This document shows positions 1 through 10,413 of a DNA stretch of 32,000 nucleotides, piece after piece (position 1 is the stretch's first letter; each line of letters starts with the position of its first letter). Below the pieces are notes generated by a model. The model searched no databases, was not told the DNA's origin, and saw nothing but the letters and a program-made list of their open reading frames with translations. The position numbers were made by a program, and so were the translations under genes. Source of the stretch: Archaeoglobus fulgidus DSM 4304 (GTDB taxonomy: Archaea; Halobacteriota; Archaeoglobi; Archaeoglobales; Archaeoglobaceae); contig NC_000917.1 of the NCBI RefSeq assembly GCF_000008665.1, positions 960,001-992,000 of the forward strand, given 5' to 3'.

Positions 1-195
1 CTTCGTCGCATCGCCAGTAACCTTCACAAAAATGATTTCGATGTCGGTCTCAACCTTCTCGTTCAAATTTCCAGAAACAGAGGTGTATGAGTGGGCCAAG
101 TCCTTAACTGCGGGCAAAATAACCATAATGGCAGCGGTAACCGCTACCACCGTAGCTATCATCAGGATCGATGTGGATATCACCTCCCTTGCCAT
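1..195 (-). CDS. Archaellum accessory protein FlaG/FlaF family (C-terminus cut by window edge)
   Basis: Reverse-strand reading from ATG at 195: MAREVISTSILMIATVVAVTAAIMVILPAVKDLAHSYTSVSGNLNEKVETDIEIIFVKVTGDATK; hydrophobic N-terminal segment; directly downstream of the flaD-like and flagellin genes. Confidence 0.6.
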   Translation of the reverse strand, partial: MAREVISTSILMIATVVAVTAAIMVILPAVKDLAHSYTSVSGNLNEKVETDIEIIFVKVTGDATK

Positions 196-227
196 CGTAA
201 TACCTCAGCGCAGCCGCTCTCACGGCC

Positions 228-1037
228 TCACAGCCTCTTGTCCAGTATCAGACTAAGCAGCTTTGAGTCCATGCTCGTATCTGCTGGATTCATCAGCTTG
301 TGCAGCCTGTAGAGCTCAAGAAGCATGTCCTCGAATCCATCGTTGAGCGAAACAAGCTCTGCAATCTTGCAGATGAAGTCCCTCGCATCCTTTGAGATGT
401 AGCCAGCAGACTCGAAGAGCTCCAGCATTAGCGTCAGAGAGTCGAGATTGTACTTCTCAAGCATCCCCTTTACCCACTCCATCAGGTTGAACAGCGTGAC
501 TATGTCGTATTTGGTGATTAAATCAGCAGTCTTCGGAGTCGTTCTCTTCACAGGTTTCTCAAAGCTGTAAGCCTGCAAGCTATCACCTTCCAAATCAACT
601 TCTTCCATCACCTCCGGGATGGGCTCAGCCGATTTAGATTCATCCAATTCTCTTACAACATCTTCCTCAGGAGGTTCATCCTCCTTAACCTCTTTAAGTT
701 CAGGTTCCGCTTCCGGCTCGGGTTCGGGCCCGGTTTCGGTTTCAGGTTGCTCCACCTCAGGTTCAGGTTTCGGTGGTTCTGGAATCTGTGCCGGAACAAC
801 CTGAATCTGCGGCGGCTGATAGGAAGCCCCTCCAGCAAGTGCGCCCTCTGCAAGATTCTGCAGGTTCTGGAAGGGGTTTTCGAGGTTGTTCAGCGTCTCT
901 CTCAGGTCGAGAAGTAGCTTCTTAACAGACCCCTTCAGAACGTCGAGCTCCTTCTCAAGTCTGTCGATTCTGCCTTCAGCAGTATCGGCCTCTGCACTTG
1001 CCAGAATTTCGTCAATCGCTGCCTGATCGACATCCAT
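228..1037 (-). CDS. flaD: Archaellum protein FlaC/FlaD/FlaE family with Pro/Glu-rich linker
   Basis: 269 aa ORF; C-terminal region ITKYDIVTLFNLMEWVKGMLEKYNLDSLTLMLELFESAGYISKDARDFICKIAEL resembles the FlaD/E domain; N-terminal coiled coil; next to flagellins. Confidence 0.75.
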   Translation of the reverse strand: MDVDQAAIDEILASAEADTAEGRIDRLEKELDVLKGSVKKLLLDLRETLNNLENPFQNLQNLAEGALAGGASYQPPQIQVVPAQIPEPPKPEPEVEQPETETGPEPEPEAEPELKEVKEDEPPEEDVVRELDESKSAEPIPEVMEEVDLEGDSLQAYSFEKPVKRTTPKTADLITKYDIVTLFNLMEWVKGMLEKYNLDSLTLMLELFESAGYISKDARDFICKIAELVSLNDGFEDMLLELYRLHKLMNPADTSMDSKLLSLILDKRL

Positions 1038-1071
1038 GGTATCACCTCTAAAAAATTAAAAATTTGGGGGA

Positions 1072-1686
1072 TTACTTGAGCAGCACCATCATGCTGTCTA
1101 TGCTTGGCGGAGCCTTCAGCTCAATCGGGTATGTTGCGCCTATTGGTGGCTTGACCTCAATTATGAAGTCGTCGTTGGGGTTGATGTCAAGGCCAGCACC
1201 TGTGGAGTCGAGGTAAACGGTAACCTCAGCCTTCTCAAACTCCTCAAGGTAGTTGTCGGGGCTGCTGCCCTGGAGGCTGTAGATCCAGTTGACATAGTAT
1301 TCCGATGCCTTGTCTAAGGAGGAACTATTGCTCTCATACGATAGCTCCACGAAATCTCCGTCCTTCGGAACGAGGACTGTAATGACGGTCTTGTTCAGGT
1401 CGATTGGCTGCCCACCGGCAGCGAGCTGGAGAGTGAAGGTAACTTCGGTTATGTTGTCATTGGTGGTGCTGCCCTTTGCCACGATGCTACCGACAAGCTC
1501 CATGCTGCTCGTCGCCTGCTTTACTCCTGTGTGCACAGTCTCCTGACCCTTCTGCGTTGCGAAGAATCCCGCTCCCAGCAGCACGTAGCTGAAGACCGCA
1601 GCGACGGTCACGAAGGCTATCAGCACGATTGCCGCTTCAAGGCCCGTAAAACCTTTTTCGTTCTTCAGGAACCTCATTCCCATCAC
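1072..1686 (-). CDS. flaB: Archaeal flagellin (archaellin) B
   Basis: Class III signal peptide and hydrophobic helix: FLKNEKG|FTGLEAAIVLIAFVTVAAVFSYVLLGAGFFATQKG. Confidence 0.93.
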   Translation of the reverse strand: MMGMRFLKNEKGFTGLEAAIVLIAFVTVAAVFSYVLLGAGFFATQKGQETVHTGVKQATSSMELVGSIVAKGSTTNDNITEVTFTLQLAAGGQPIDLNKTVITVLVPKDGDFVELSYESNSSSLDKASEYYVNWIYSLQGSSPDNYLEEFEKAEVTVYLDSTGAGLDINPNDDFIIEVKPPIGATYPIELKAPPSIDSMMVLLK

Positions 1687-1687
1687 C

Positions 1688-2326
1688 TCACACGAATGTC
1701 AGATTGGTGAAGCTCGGTGGCAGCGTCTTGGTTATCGTCAGCGGTGCGCCGATGGGTGGGCGGACTTCAATTGTCACCACATCATTGGGGTTGAGCTCAC
1801 CTATACCGCTCCACTCGGTGTTGTTCACGTCAATCGTTATCTTGTACTTTTCATTCGGCTCAACCACATTATCTCCATCACCGACCGTATCATCATACCA
1901 CCAGGGGCAGTCCGTTCCCGGTGTGCATGAATCGTTGAAGAACAGCTGCTTGAATCCAGTGTCAGTGGTAATCGCAATCGAGGTCATGTTAAGGTCCACT
2001 GGAGAACCGCCGGCAGTCTGGGTTACGTAGAAGTAAACCTGCCCGACCTTACCGCTTGACCCGGTTTGCCCATTAGCAGCCGACGTGCAGTTCAAATAAA
2101 TGTACTGCCCGTCGAGCGTCAGGCTGCTCGATGCCTGCTTCACTCCCGTGTCAACGACCTTCTTTGACTTCTGCGTGGTGTAGAAACCCGCTCCGAGCAT
2201 GACGTAGCTGAACACTGCCGCCACTACAACGAAGGCTATCAGCACGATTGCAGCTTCAAGCCCTGTGAATCCCTTCTCGTCCCTTCTCAATTTCCTACTC
2301 CCTACTCTCATCCCATCACCTCTCAC
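1688..2326 (-). CDS. flaB: Archaeal flagellin (archaellin) B, tandem paralogue
   Basis: RRDEKG|FTGLEAAIVLIAFVVVAAVFSYVMLGAGFYTTQKSKK; adjacent paralogue. The start may be the internal Met (MRVGSRKLRRDEKG). Confidence 0.93.
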   Translation of the reverse strand: MRGDGMRVGSRKLRRDEKGFTGLEAAIVLIAFVVVAAVFSYVMLGAGFYTTQKSKKVVDTGVKQASSSLTLDGQYIYLNCTSAANGQTGSSGKVGQVYFYVTQTAGGSPVDLNMTSIAITTDTGFKQLFFNDSCTPGTDCPWWYDDTVGDGDNVVEPNEKYKITIDVNNTEWSGIGELNPNDVVTIEVRPPIGAPLTITKTLPPSFTNLTFV

Positions 2327-2422
2327 CTCATCCTCAAACTAAACCAGCGATTAGCAATATATAAGAATTTTCTTATATGTTGAAATTACCTTTTTCTAAG
2401 TTGAAATTTCCTTTACGTAATT

Positions 2423-3585
<1,163 letters not shown>

Positions 3586-3615
3586 AAAAATTGAAAAAGA
3601 AATGTATATTTAAAT

Positions 3616-3972
3616 TCATCTTCTGTAAACTTCACCAATGTCAAGCTCGATTTTTTCGCTGATTAAATCCACAACCTCTCCAATTACCGCAAGCAGCCTG
3701 TTGTATGATTCGATAAACCTTACGACACTCTCTCTCGCATTCAACTTTGACTGCAGCTCTGTAAGCTCACCGAGCAAATCCTGATCGTACTCACCAGAGA
3801 GCTGCTTGGTCACAAAGTCCTGCTGCTTCTGCTGGAACTCGACAAGCAGCTCCTGCGCAACTTCATCCTCTTTAAGAAGCTTCTCGTTTTCGAGAAACTC
3901 CTGATACTCTCCCAAACCCTTAATGCTCTCAGCCAGCTCAATTGCCTTAGCCTTTATTCCTTCATCCAACAT
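3616..3972 (-). CDS. YlbF/YmcA-like (DUF964) protein
   Basis: 118 aa helical protein, ...LVEFQQKQQDFVTKQLSGEYDQDLLGELTELQSKLNARESVVRFIESYNRLLAVIGEVVDLIS. Confidence 0.6.
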   Translation of the reverse strand: MLDEGIKAKAIELAESIKGLGEYQEFLENEKLLKEDEVAQELLVEFQQKQQDFVTKQLSGEYDQDLLGELTELQSKLNARESVVRFIESYNRLLAVIGEVVDLISEKIELDIGEVYRR

Positions 3973-4111
3973 TCAAATCACCCTTTTTAAATTTCCAGCA
4001 CTCTCTTTCAAGACTATATTAAGGTTTCCCTCTGAAGTCCCTGAATGAGGAACCGTATAACTCACACCTAAGACGTAAACCTTTATAACCCCTGAGGTCA
4101 AAAAGGTTCAA

Positions 4112-4183
4112 GGGCTCGTAGCTCAGCGGGAGAGCGCCGCCTTCGCGAGGCGGAGGCCGCGGGTTCAAATCCCGCCGAGTCCA
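4112..4183 (+). tRNA. tRNA-Ala(CGC)
   Basis: 72 nt cloverleaf: GGGCTCG TA GCTC AGCGGGA GAGC G CCGCC TTCGCGA GGCGG AGGCC GCGGG TTCAAAT CCCGC CGAGTCC A; G3-T70 wobble (Ala identity element); TTTATAA box about 28 bp upstream. Confidence 0.96.
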
Positions 4184-4265
4184 TGTTTTTTCTTTTGGCC
4201 AGTGAACAACCAATACAATTCAATGTTTCAAAAAATTTTATGAACTCCCTTATCAAAAATACGTC

Positions 4266-4442
4266 ATGGAAAAAGTAATTCTCGAACATCTCCAGAGAAT
4301 AGAGAAACAACTCGAAATTCTTAACAGCAAGATTGAAAACTTCTTAGGATTCGAGGAGCTGAGCGAAGAGGAGTTGAAAGAGCTTGATGAAATTGAAGCT
4401 AAGATGGAGAAAGGAGAAAAGTTTGTTTTGAATGATGTTTGA
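4266..4442 (+). CDS. RelB-like antitoxin (58 aa)
   Basis: MEKVILEHLQRIEKQLEILNSKIENFLGFEELSEEELKELDEIEAKMEKGEKFVLNDV; overlaps the start of a RelE-like reading frame. Confidence 0.55.
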   Translation: MEKVILEHLQRIEKQLEILNSKIENFLGFEELSEEELKELDEIEAKMEKGEKFVLNDV

Positions 4443-4679
4443 AATCTTCCTCAGCAGGCAGGCAAAGAAATTTCTTGATTCTCTTAACGAGGTCAGCAGA
4501 GATAGGATCCAAGAGAAATTGTTGAAGTTGAAAGAAGATCCCTTCTCCATTCCCTACAGGAAGATTAAGGGGAGAGACAGCACAGAGTAGGAGATTTCAG
4601 GATAATTTATTCGGTCAGAGGGAATGAAATAAGGATTCTAAAACTAGACAAGAGAGAAAGGGTTTTCGAAAGATTATAG
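4435..4679 (+). pseudogene. RelE-like toxin with a frameshift/internal deletion
   Basis: Frame 1: MFEIFLSRQAKKFLDSLNEVSRDRIQEKLLKLKEDPFSIPYRKIKGRDSTE*. The rest continues in another frame: VGDFRIIYSVRGNEIRILKLDKRERVFERL*. The YRIR-type residues expected between them are missing. Confidence 0.8.
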
Positions 4680-4786
4680 GTCTGTCGATTGGCCAATCTT
4701 CTCATAACTCACCCTCAGGGGAGAGCTGGGTAATCCTTCAACCCAGGTTGATACAGCTCAAGAGATCTAAAGCCTTCATAGCTTTC

Positions 4787-4984
4787 TTATCTTTCAAAAA
4801 GCACCATACCTTTGCTGAGAGCTTGCTTAACGATTGGATTCTCCTCTCCTGCGAGATGCGGAAAGACCTCCACAGGGAAGTCAACATTAAAGCTCTTCGG
4901 CTTTCAGCTTAAAACCCTTATTAGCCCGTCAGTCTCAGCCAGAATACTCTCACAGAATTCAAGCACTCTTCTACAATCTTTCAT
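4787..4984 (-). pseudogene. Possible remnant of a nucleotidyltransferase/HEPN (MNT-HEPN) pair
   Basis: Minus-strand fragments NVDFPVEVFPHLAGEENPIVKQALSKGMVLFER* (MNT C-terminus-like, about 4787-4891) and MKDCRRVLEFCESILAETDGLIRVLS* (HEPN N-terminus-like, from 4984). Confidence 0.35.
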
Positions 4985-5023
4985 GGGAAAAATGTTAAAA
5001 ATAGCCAGAAAAGAGTTTCAACG

Positions 5024-6541
5024 ATGAAAGGGGCCATAGGTAAGATTTACGGCGAAGCGTCACCGTTTGAGTTCAACTTCGTGATTTTCAACCAGAAGCA
5101 GGTAAAGAGGGGAGATTACATTAAGGTTTGGAACGATGTTGACGGTTGGGTTGTTGCATACGTCGAGAGCATAGTTGCAAAGTCAAATGTCAGGGATAAG
5201 GAAATTAGGGAGATTGCAAACGGCTCGAAGGAAGTTTTTATCGGGAAAGCTGTTGTTCTCGGTAAGAGAGAGGATGGAAGGTTGAAGGTTCCGAGAAGTC
5301 CCTTCGTTCCGGGAGAGAGCGTTTTTCTAGCTGAAGATAAGCTGATTGCAGAAGTCCTTGGTTTGAGTGTGGACGGTGTTTACGTCGGTCTTCTTGGCGA
5401 TACCGGGGTTAAGGTAAAGCTCGATCCCAACAGCCTCGTGCAGAAGCACGTTTGCATTCTCGCAAAAACGGGAAGCGGCAAAAGCTACACTGCGGGTGTG
5501 ATTATAGAGGAGCTTCTCGAGAAAAACGTCCCTCTGCTGATTATTGACCCTCATGGAGAGTATCACTCGATGCGTTATCCAAACGAGTCTGTTGATGGCG
5601 ATTTTGGTGTCAAGCCGAAGGGCTACGAAGACCAGATACGCATTCTCGCTCCACCAATATCGCCTTTCGCCGAAAGAGCTGATGAGCTCCTCATCCTTGA
5701 CGGCGTGAATCTGTCAGCGGAGGAGCTCATCGAGCTAACGGGGCTGAAAAACCCAACGGCCCAAGCTCTGCTTTACCAGGCGCTGAAGGAGCTCAAAGAC
5801 GAAGACTACACAATCAGAGATATCATGGATGAGGTTGAAAGTATAAAGCACAACGGAAAGTGGACTCTTCTCGGGGCGCTGGCAAAGGTTGAGGAGTCAG
5901 GGCTTTTCGGAGAGAAACCCACAGACCTGAGAAAGCTCCTTCAACGCGGAAAGGCAACGATAATCGACCTTCGTGGAGTTGAGCCAACTTACCAGGATTT
6001 AATAGTCTCGAGGGTCTGCACCAAGCTTTTCGAGCTGAGAAAAAAGGGGGAGGTTGAACCTGGGATGATCGTGATTGAGGAGGCTCACAACTTCATTCCT
6101 GAAAGGGGATTTGACAAAGCGGTTTCTACGGGGATTCTGAGAACCATAGCCAGCGAGGGAAGGAAGTTCGGTCTCGGCCTCATGGTAATAAGTCAAAGGC
6201 CCGCGAGAGTTGATAAAAACGTGATAAGCCAGTGCAACACCCAAATCATTCTGAGAGTGACGAATCCAAACGACATAAACGCCATCAAAAACGGAGTTGA
6301 GGGGATTACGGCAGAGATGGTTGAGGAAATCAAACGCCTTCCGCCCGGGCATGCGATGATCGTCAGTCCGGAGCTTGAAAGGCCAGTTATCGTTAGAGTT
6401 AGGAGCAGGAGAAGCAAGCACGGTGAGGCTGTGAGCGTAACGAAGCCGAAGGAAGACAAGAAGAAAAAGAAACAGAAGAAGAGCAAAAAAGTTGAGGCGA
6501 AGAAGGAAAAGAAGGGGTTCCTGAGGAGGCTTTTCGGCTAA
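5024..6541 (+). CDS. herA: HerA-type bipolar DNA helicase/ATPase
   Basis: Walker A HVCILAKTGSGKSYTAGVIIEELL, HAS-barrel-like N-terminus, Walker B PGMIVIEEAHNFIPE, LMVISQRPARVDKNVISQCNTQIILRVTNPND, basic Lys-rich C-terminal tail. Confidence 0.93.
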   Translation: MKGAIGKIYGEASPFEFNFVIFNQKQVKRGDYIKVWNDVDGWVVAYVESIVAKSNVRDKEIREIANGSKEVFIGKAVVLGKREDGRLKVPRSPFVPGESVFLAEDKLIAEVLGLSVDGVYVGLLGDTGVKVKLDPNSLVQKHVCILAKTGSGKSYTAGVIIEELLEKNVPLLIIDPHGEYHSMRYPNESVDGDFGVKPKGYEDQIRILAPPISPFAERADELLILDGVNLSAEELIELTGLKNPTAQALLYQALKELKDEDYTIRDIMDEVESIKHNGKWTLLGALAKVEESGLFGEKPTDLRKLLQRGKATIIDLRGVEPTYQDLIVSRVCTKLFELRKKGEVEPGMIVIEEAHNFIPERGFDKAVSTGILRTIASEGRKFGLGLMVISQRPARVDKNVISQCNTQIILRVTNPNDINAIKNGVEGITAEMVEEIKRLPPGHAMIVSPELERPVIVRVRSRRSKHGEAVSVTKPKEDKKKKKQKKSKKVEAKKEKKGFLRRLFG

Positions 6542-7452
6542 TCCAAATCAATTATTTCGAGAGTGTAATCCCCAACACTCACGTAGGGTTTTTCGGCACT
6601 TTTGCTTTTCCTCACCATCTGCCTCCTAACGTGCTTGACTTCCCCTCCCGCGAGCAGGTCTGCAACGCTTGCACCATATGCTCGAGAAAAGGCCACCACC
6701 GGCGTTGTTAGCCTGGCATTAATCTCAATCACGTAGGGCTGGTCAGAGTAAACGATATCGACGCCAACGTATCCATTCAGACCTTCAACACACTCAACAG
6801 CCCTCACAGCCTCCTCCACAACCTCCCTTTTAACCTCATCGGATATCCTAGCCGGAACGACGGCTCCAGCATATCTGAAATTGTTGATAATCTGCTCGTT
6901 AACGCTCAGGCACTTCACGTCTTCTCCAACTGCAAGGCTGACGCTCAGGTTGATTCCCTCAATAAATTCCTGGGCAATGTGGCCGTCAGGAACCTCATCG
7001 CTGAAGCCTATCCCCTCTCCCGCACATGCCGTACGAGGCTTGATGATGAACTTGCAGTCGAGCGGCCTTAAGGAGGTTTGCGGAACCTGAACCTCCCCCC
7101 TCAACTTTTTGTAGAGTTCCCATTTGTCTGAGGTTACCGCAATTGCCCTGCTTGAAGAGCCGAGGTTTTCGCAGTACTTTTCAGCCTTCTTAGTCAGAGT
7201 GTAGAGCAGAAAATCGTCTTCAGGAGCGATGATCAGAAAGGCATCACTTTTCTCCAGATATTTCTCCATTGAGTCCATTGAGTCCACGGGGAGAGTGAAG
7301 AGGCATGAGAACTCAGGTCTGACGAATCCGGTGATTTCGTAGTAGTTCTTAAAGCCATCAAAGGCTGATTTAAACATCGCAAGGCCTTCAACGGCCGTAC
7401 TGTCCTCTATTCTTTCACCGCAGGTTGCGAACTCGAATAAAAAAAGTTTCAT
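6538..7452 (-). CDS. ATP-grasp ligase, COG1821-like; possibly tyramine-L-glutamate ligase (MfnD)
   Basis: MKLFLFEFATCGER...; FIIKPRTACAGEGIGFSDEVPDGHIAQEFIEGINLSVSLAV...GYVGVDIVYSDQPYVIEINARLTTPVVAF, ATP-grasp signatures. Confidence 0.65.
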   Translation of the reverse strand: MKLFLFEFATCGERIEDSTAVEGLAMFKSAFDGFKNYYEITGFVRPEFSCLFTLPVDSMDSMEKYLEKSDAFLIIAPEDDFLLYTLTKKAEKYCENLGSSSRAIAVTSDKWELYKKLRGEVQVPQTSLRPLDCKFIIKPRTACAGEGIGFSDEVPDGHIAQEFIEGINLSVSLAVGEDVKCLSVNEQIINNFRYAGAVVPARISDEVKREVVEEAVRAVECVEGLNGYVGVDIVYSDQPYVIEINARLTTPVVAFSRAYGASVADLLAGGEVKHVRRQMVRKSKSAEKPYVSVGDYTLEIIDLD

Positions 7453-7982
7453 ACCTCTATAATTTCTTCTTCGTCAGCATCTCCTTTTTCTTTTTCCTCA
7501 TCCTCATTAAGAACAATGGCAATATCAGCAGAGTTTTTGAGGGCCGTTGAGAAGCCGGGCTCGGCACCGATGATTATCGTCTCCTTTCCCATCTCCATTG
7601 CCTTCATCAAAACAGCCTTGAAGTCGGCGTCTCTCGTAACGAGGGCAACTGCATCAATCGAGTCGTTGTATATGAGCTCCATGGCTTCGACCGCCATCCT
7701 CACATCCACGTCTCCGGAAGTCACTATAGGCTCGAACCCCTGATTTTCTATTGCTTCAACAAGCTTTTCAGTGGCATATTGATTCAGAAAAACTTTGGCA
7801 ATCTTGATATCGCCATACTCAGAAAGAATTTCTCTAATCTCTTTCAAATTAATATTAAACTCCTTCCTGAGCATGTTTGGCCCATCCACAAGTACGCCAA
7901 CTTTCCTGCGCTGAGATAGTTTTCTCTTTGAGAGGTATTCTTTAATCCTCTGAATTCGCGATATCGTCGGCATGCTTTTCAA
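7449..7982 (-). CDS. NYN domain protein (LabA/PIN-like, TIGR00288-type)
   Basis: KVGVLVDGPNMLRKEFNINLKEIREIL...GDVDVRMAVEAMEL...VTRDADFKAVLMKAMEMGKETIIIGAEP. Confidence 0.8.
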   Translation of the reverse strand: MKSMPTISRIQRIKEYLSKRKLSQRRKVGVLVDGPNMLRKEFNINLKEIREILSEYGDIKIAKVFLNQYATEKLVEAIENQGFEPIVTSGDVDVRMAVEAMELIYNDSIDAVALVTRDADFKAVLMKAMEMGKETIIIGAEPGFSTALKNSADIAIVLNEDEEKEKGDADEEEIIEV

Positions 7983-8091
7983 TTCTTCTCTTTGAAGTTT
8001 AAAAAAGTTTTGTTAATGACCGACATACTCTTAACGCTCTTTCTTGAAAAAGGAGCTTGCTGCATTTCTAATTGAACGATTGGACATTTTT

Positions 8092-8448
8092 TCAGCTTCC
8101 CTTGTTTAGGTACTTCGCAACGCACTCCCGGAAGTGTTTAAGGTTAAAGGGCTTTCCCAGCACTTCCTTTGCCCCCAGTCTGAGCATTTTGCTCTCGAAC
8201 TCCTGATAGTAGGCCGTTACAACTATTACAACCGCCTCGGGATTGAGCTTGAAAATCTCCTTCGCAACCTCCACCCCACTTATATCCGGCATATTGATGT
8301 CCACGATTACCAAATCAGGCATGAGTTTTCTGTAAAGTTCCAACCCTTCCCGGCCGCTGCAAGCCGAGACAACTTCGAAGCTGCCAAGAATTTCCTTGTA
8401 AAGCTCGCAGATGCTGCAATCATCGTCAACGACGAGTATCTTCGTCAT
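8092..8448 (-). CDS. Stand-alone response regulator receiver domain (118 aa)
   Basis: MTKILVVDDDCSICELYKEIL...PDLVIVDINMPDISGVEVAKEI...VVTAYYQEFE...LGKPFNLKHF; ATG at 8448 preferred. Confidence 0.9.
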   Translation of the reverse strand: MTKILVVDDDCSICELYKEILGSFEVVSACSGREGLELYRKLMPDLVIVDINMPDISGVEVAKEIFKLNPEAVVIVVTAYYQEFESKMLRLGAKEVLGKPFNLKHFRECVAKYLNKGS

Positions 8449-8514
8449 TATATTGGGATGCAACCAAAAAAATAAAAACTTTTCTTCGCATTTCATGAAC
8501 TAGCTGAAGTTTTA

Positions 8515-10380
8515 TTAAGGGGATTCGGTAACCCCACCATAACCCACGTAAAGAATCCTGTCCGGAGAGAGAGCGTTTATAACCTCCTTTCTGTGAGTTA
8601 CCGCAATCAGAGTTATCTTCGCCTCCCTTGCGAGCTCTGATATTTTTCTCGCCACCCTCACGGCCGTCATCTCATCCAGATGGGCGGCAAACTCGTCCAC
8701 AAGCATCAGGCTCGGTTTTTTGGCCAGACAGGCTGCGAGCTTGAACCTCTCCTTCTGCCCTGTTGAGAGCTCGTTGAACCTTGCTCTGTAGAGAACCGCG
8801 TCAGAGATTCCCGCCCTGTTCAGAACCTCCACTGCCAGATGAATATCTCCGGTTATGTCAAATATCTGCTCCAGAATACTTTTCTCGGTTATCTGCGGTT
8901 CGAGTTCGGACGGTATCATCGCAGCTATGCTGTCCACCACAACCTCCACCATCCCGCTGCTCGGCTTATACACATCATCGTCCAATTTCAAAGCCTCTCC
9001 TACAATCAACCTCAGAAAGGTGGTTTTTCCAGAACCGCTAGCACCGACGACGGCAACAATCTCTCCGGGTTTTATCTCCAGATTCACATCCCTCAGAACA
9101 TATCTTTCCACCACCCTCTGCCTGACTCCGAAGGACTCAAGGACGGTTCTTACTTCATCGCTAACCTTCTCCAGATCAAGGGTGCTTGCAAAGAGCTTCG
9201 AGACATTCCTGAATTTTAATTTCTCAAGAGGTTTAACGCTGCCGTATCTTGAAACACACAGTTTTCCCCCGTGGCCTCTCGCAACCTCGTCCTCCTCCAG
9301 AAACTTCCTTATGTACCTCTCAGCCTCTTCGCTAAGTGGCTTGTACAGAACCGGTTTTCCTGAAGCCGTATCCCATAGGTAGTAAAATCCAGCCTTCTCG
9401 AAGAAGGGGTTGAACCTGGCCATCTGGGCAATTGTTTCGACGAGGTGCTTTCTCATCCTCATCTCAGGGACTCTTCTTTCCTCAATCCACTCAACTGCAG
9501 TCCTGACTGCAAGAATTCCCAGCCCATCCGCTCTGTAGTCGGGATGAACAACGACCCTCGCAATTCTCGATGCTGCTGAGTTGCACTTCTTCATTGCCTC
9601 CTCGCTTGCCTCCTCCCATAGCCTGTGTCTCGCAACCTTTAGCGAGAAGCGGCTTCTTAATTTCCTGAACAATTCCGAAAGCTCTTTTTCTGGGGAGAAG
9701 ACGTTTTCAAACCACTCTTTGGGGAAAACCCTTTCTCTGATGTTTTCCACAATCTTTCCGTCAAGTTTTCTGTGCATCAGCGGCACAGGAGGGTCAACTC
9801 GGACGTACGCAACAACCTCAGGCTCGAATGGCTGTCTTTCGACGAGCTCGAAGATCAAAAATCGCGAAGCTGGAGTGGAGCCCTTTATCTCGACAATGTG
9901 CACATTCCTGCTTCCGCACTCGCAAACGGGCTTCGTGTTTGCCTCGATGAGGTTACCGCAGTCATAGCACTTCCACAGCGCAACCTTGCTTTTCTGGCTT
10001 GCGTAATGGTACTGCTCAAGCTCCGCGATCCTCTCAAAGTCCTTTTCGTAAACAGCCTCTCTCGCCCTGATTCGGTATCTGTAAACCTCCTTTCCGAAGC
10101 TGTATCGCGGAAGTTCCAGATTTCTTGAAAAAACGTCCCAGACCTTGATCCTCTCACTCCCGTAAAACTTGTACAGCTCGTAATCTGCGAAAAACAGTAT
10201 TTTTCTCCCGTAGATTTCCTTCGGCTCGTTTTTAATTACAACCTCAACAACATCACCTTCAAAGAGCCAGGCAGCGATGCCGGACATGTAAAGCGTCAAA
10301 CCGTTGTCGAGCTCAACCGCTCCAAACCACCTGTGCCGGTGCTTGGGCAACTCGTGAGATACTACTTTTGCGATCATCAA
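8515..10380 (-). CDS. COG2401-like protein: zinc-ribbon, GNAT acetyltransferase and ABC ATPase fusion
   Basis: CYDCGNLIEANTKPVCECGS; RVVVHPDYRADGLGILAVRTAVEW...KHLVETIAQMARFNPFFEKAGF; EIVAVVGASGSGKTTFLRLIVGE, LSTGQKERFKLAACLAKKPSLMLVDEFAAHLD. Confidence 0.85.
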   Translation of the reverse strand: MMIAKVVSHELPKHRHRWFGAVELDNGLTLYMSGIAAWLFEGDVVEVVIKNEPKEIYGRKILFFADYELYKFYGSERIKVWDVFSRNLELPRYSFGKEVYRYRIRAREAVYEKDFERIAELEQYHYASQKSKVALWKCYDCGNLIEANTKPVCECGSRNVHIVEIKGSTPASRFLIFELVERQPFEPEVVAYVRVDPPVPLMHRKLDGKIVENIRERVFPKEWFENVFSPEKELSELFRKLRSRFSLKVARHRLWEEASEEAMKKCNSAASRIARVVVHPDYRADGLGILAVRTAVEWIEERRVPEMRMRKHLVETIAQMARFNPFFEKAGFYYLWDTASGKPVLYKPLSEEAERYIRKFLEEDEVARGHGGKLCVSRYGSVKPLEKLKFRNVSKLFASTLDLEKVSDEVRTVLESFGVRQRVVERYVLRDVNLEIKPGEIVAVVGASGSGKTTFLRLIVGEALKLDDDVYKPSSGMVEVVVDSIAAMIPSELEPQITEKSILEQIFDITGDIHLAVEVLNRAGISDAVLYRARFNELSTGQKERFKLAACLAKKPSLMLVDEFAAHLDEMTAVRVARKISELAREAKITLIAVTHRKEVINALSPDRILYVGYGGVTESP

Positions 10381-10413
10381 AAGTTATTTTTCCCTCCAAG
10401 TTATACAATTTTC

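Noticed and set aside
619-804. Plus-strand 61-aa Ser/Gly-rich ORF
   Set aside because: Exact antisense shadow of the Pro/Glu-rich linker of the FlaD-like gene; composition artefact.
8781-9967. Several plus-strand ORFs within the ABC ATPase gene
   Set aside because: Shadows of a long, well-supported minus-strand gene.
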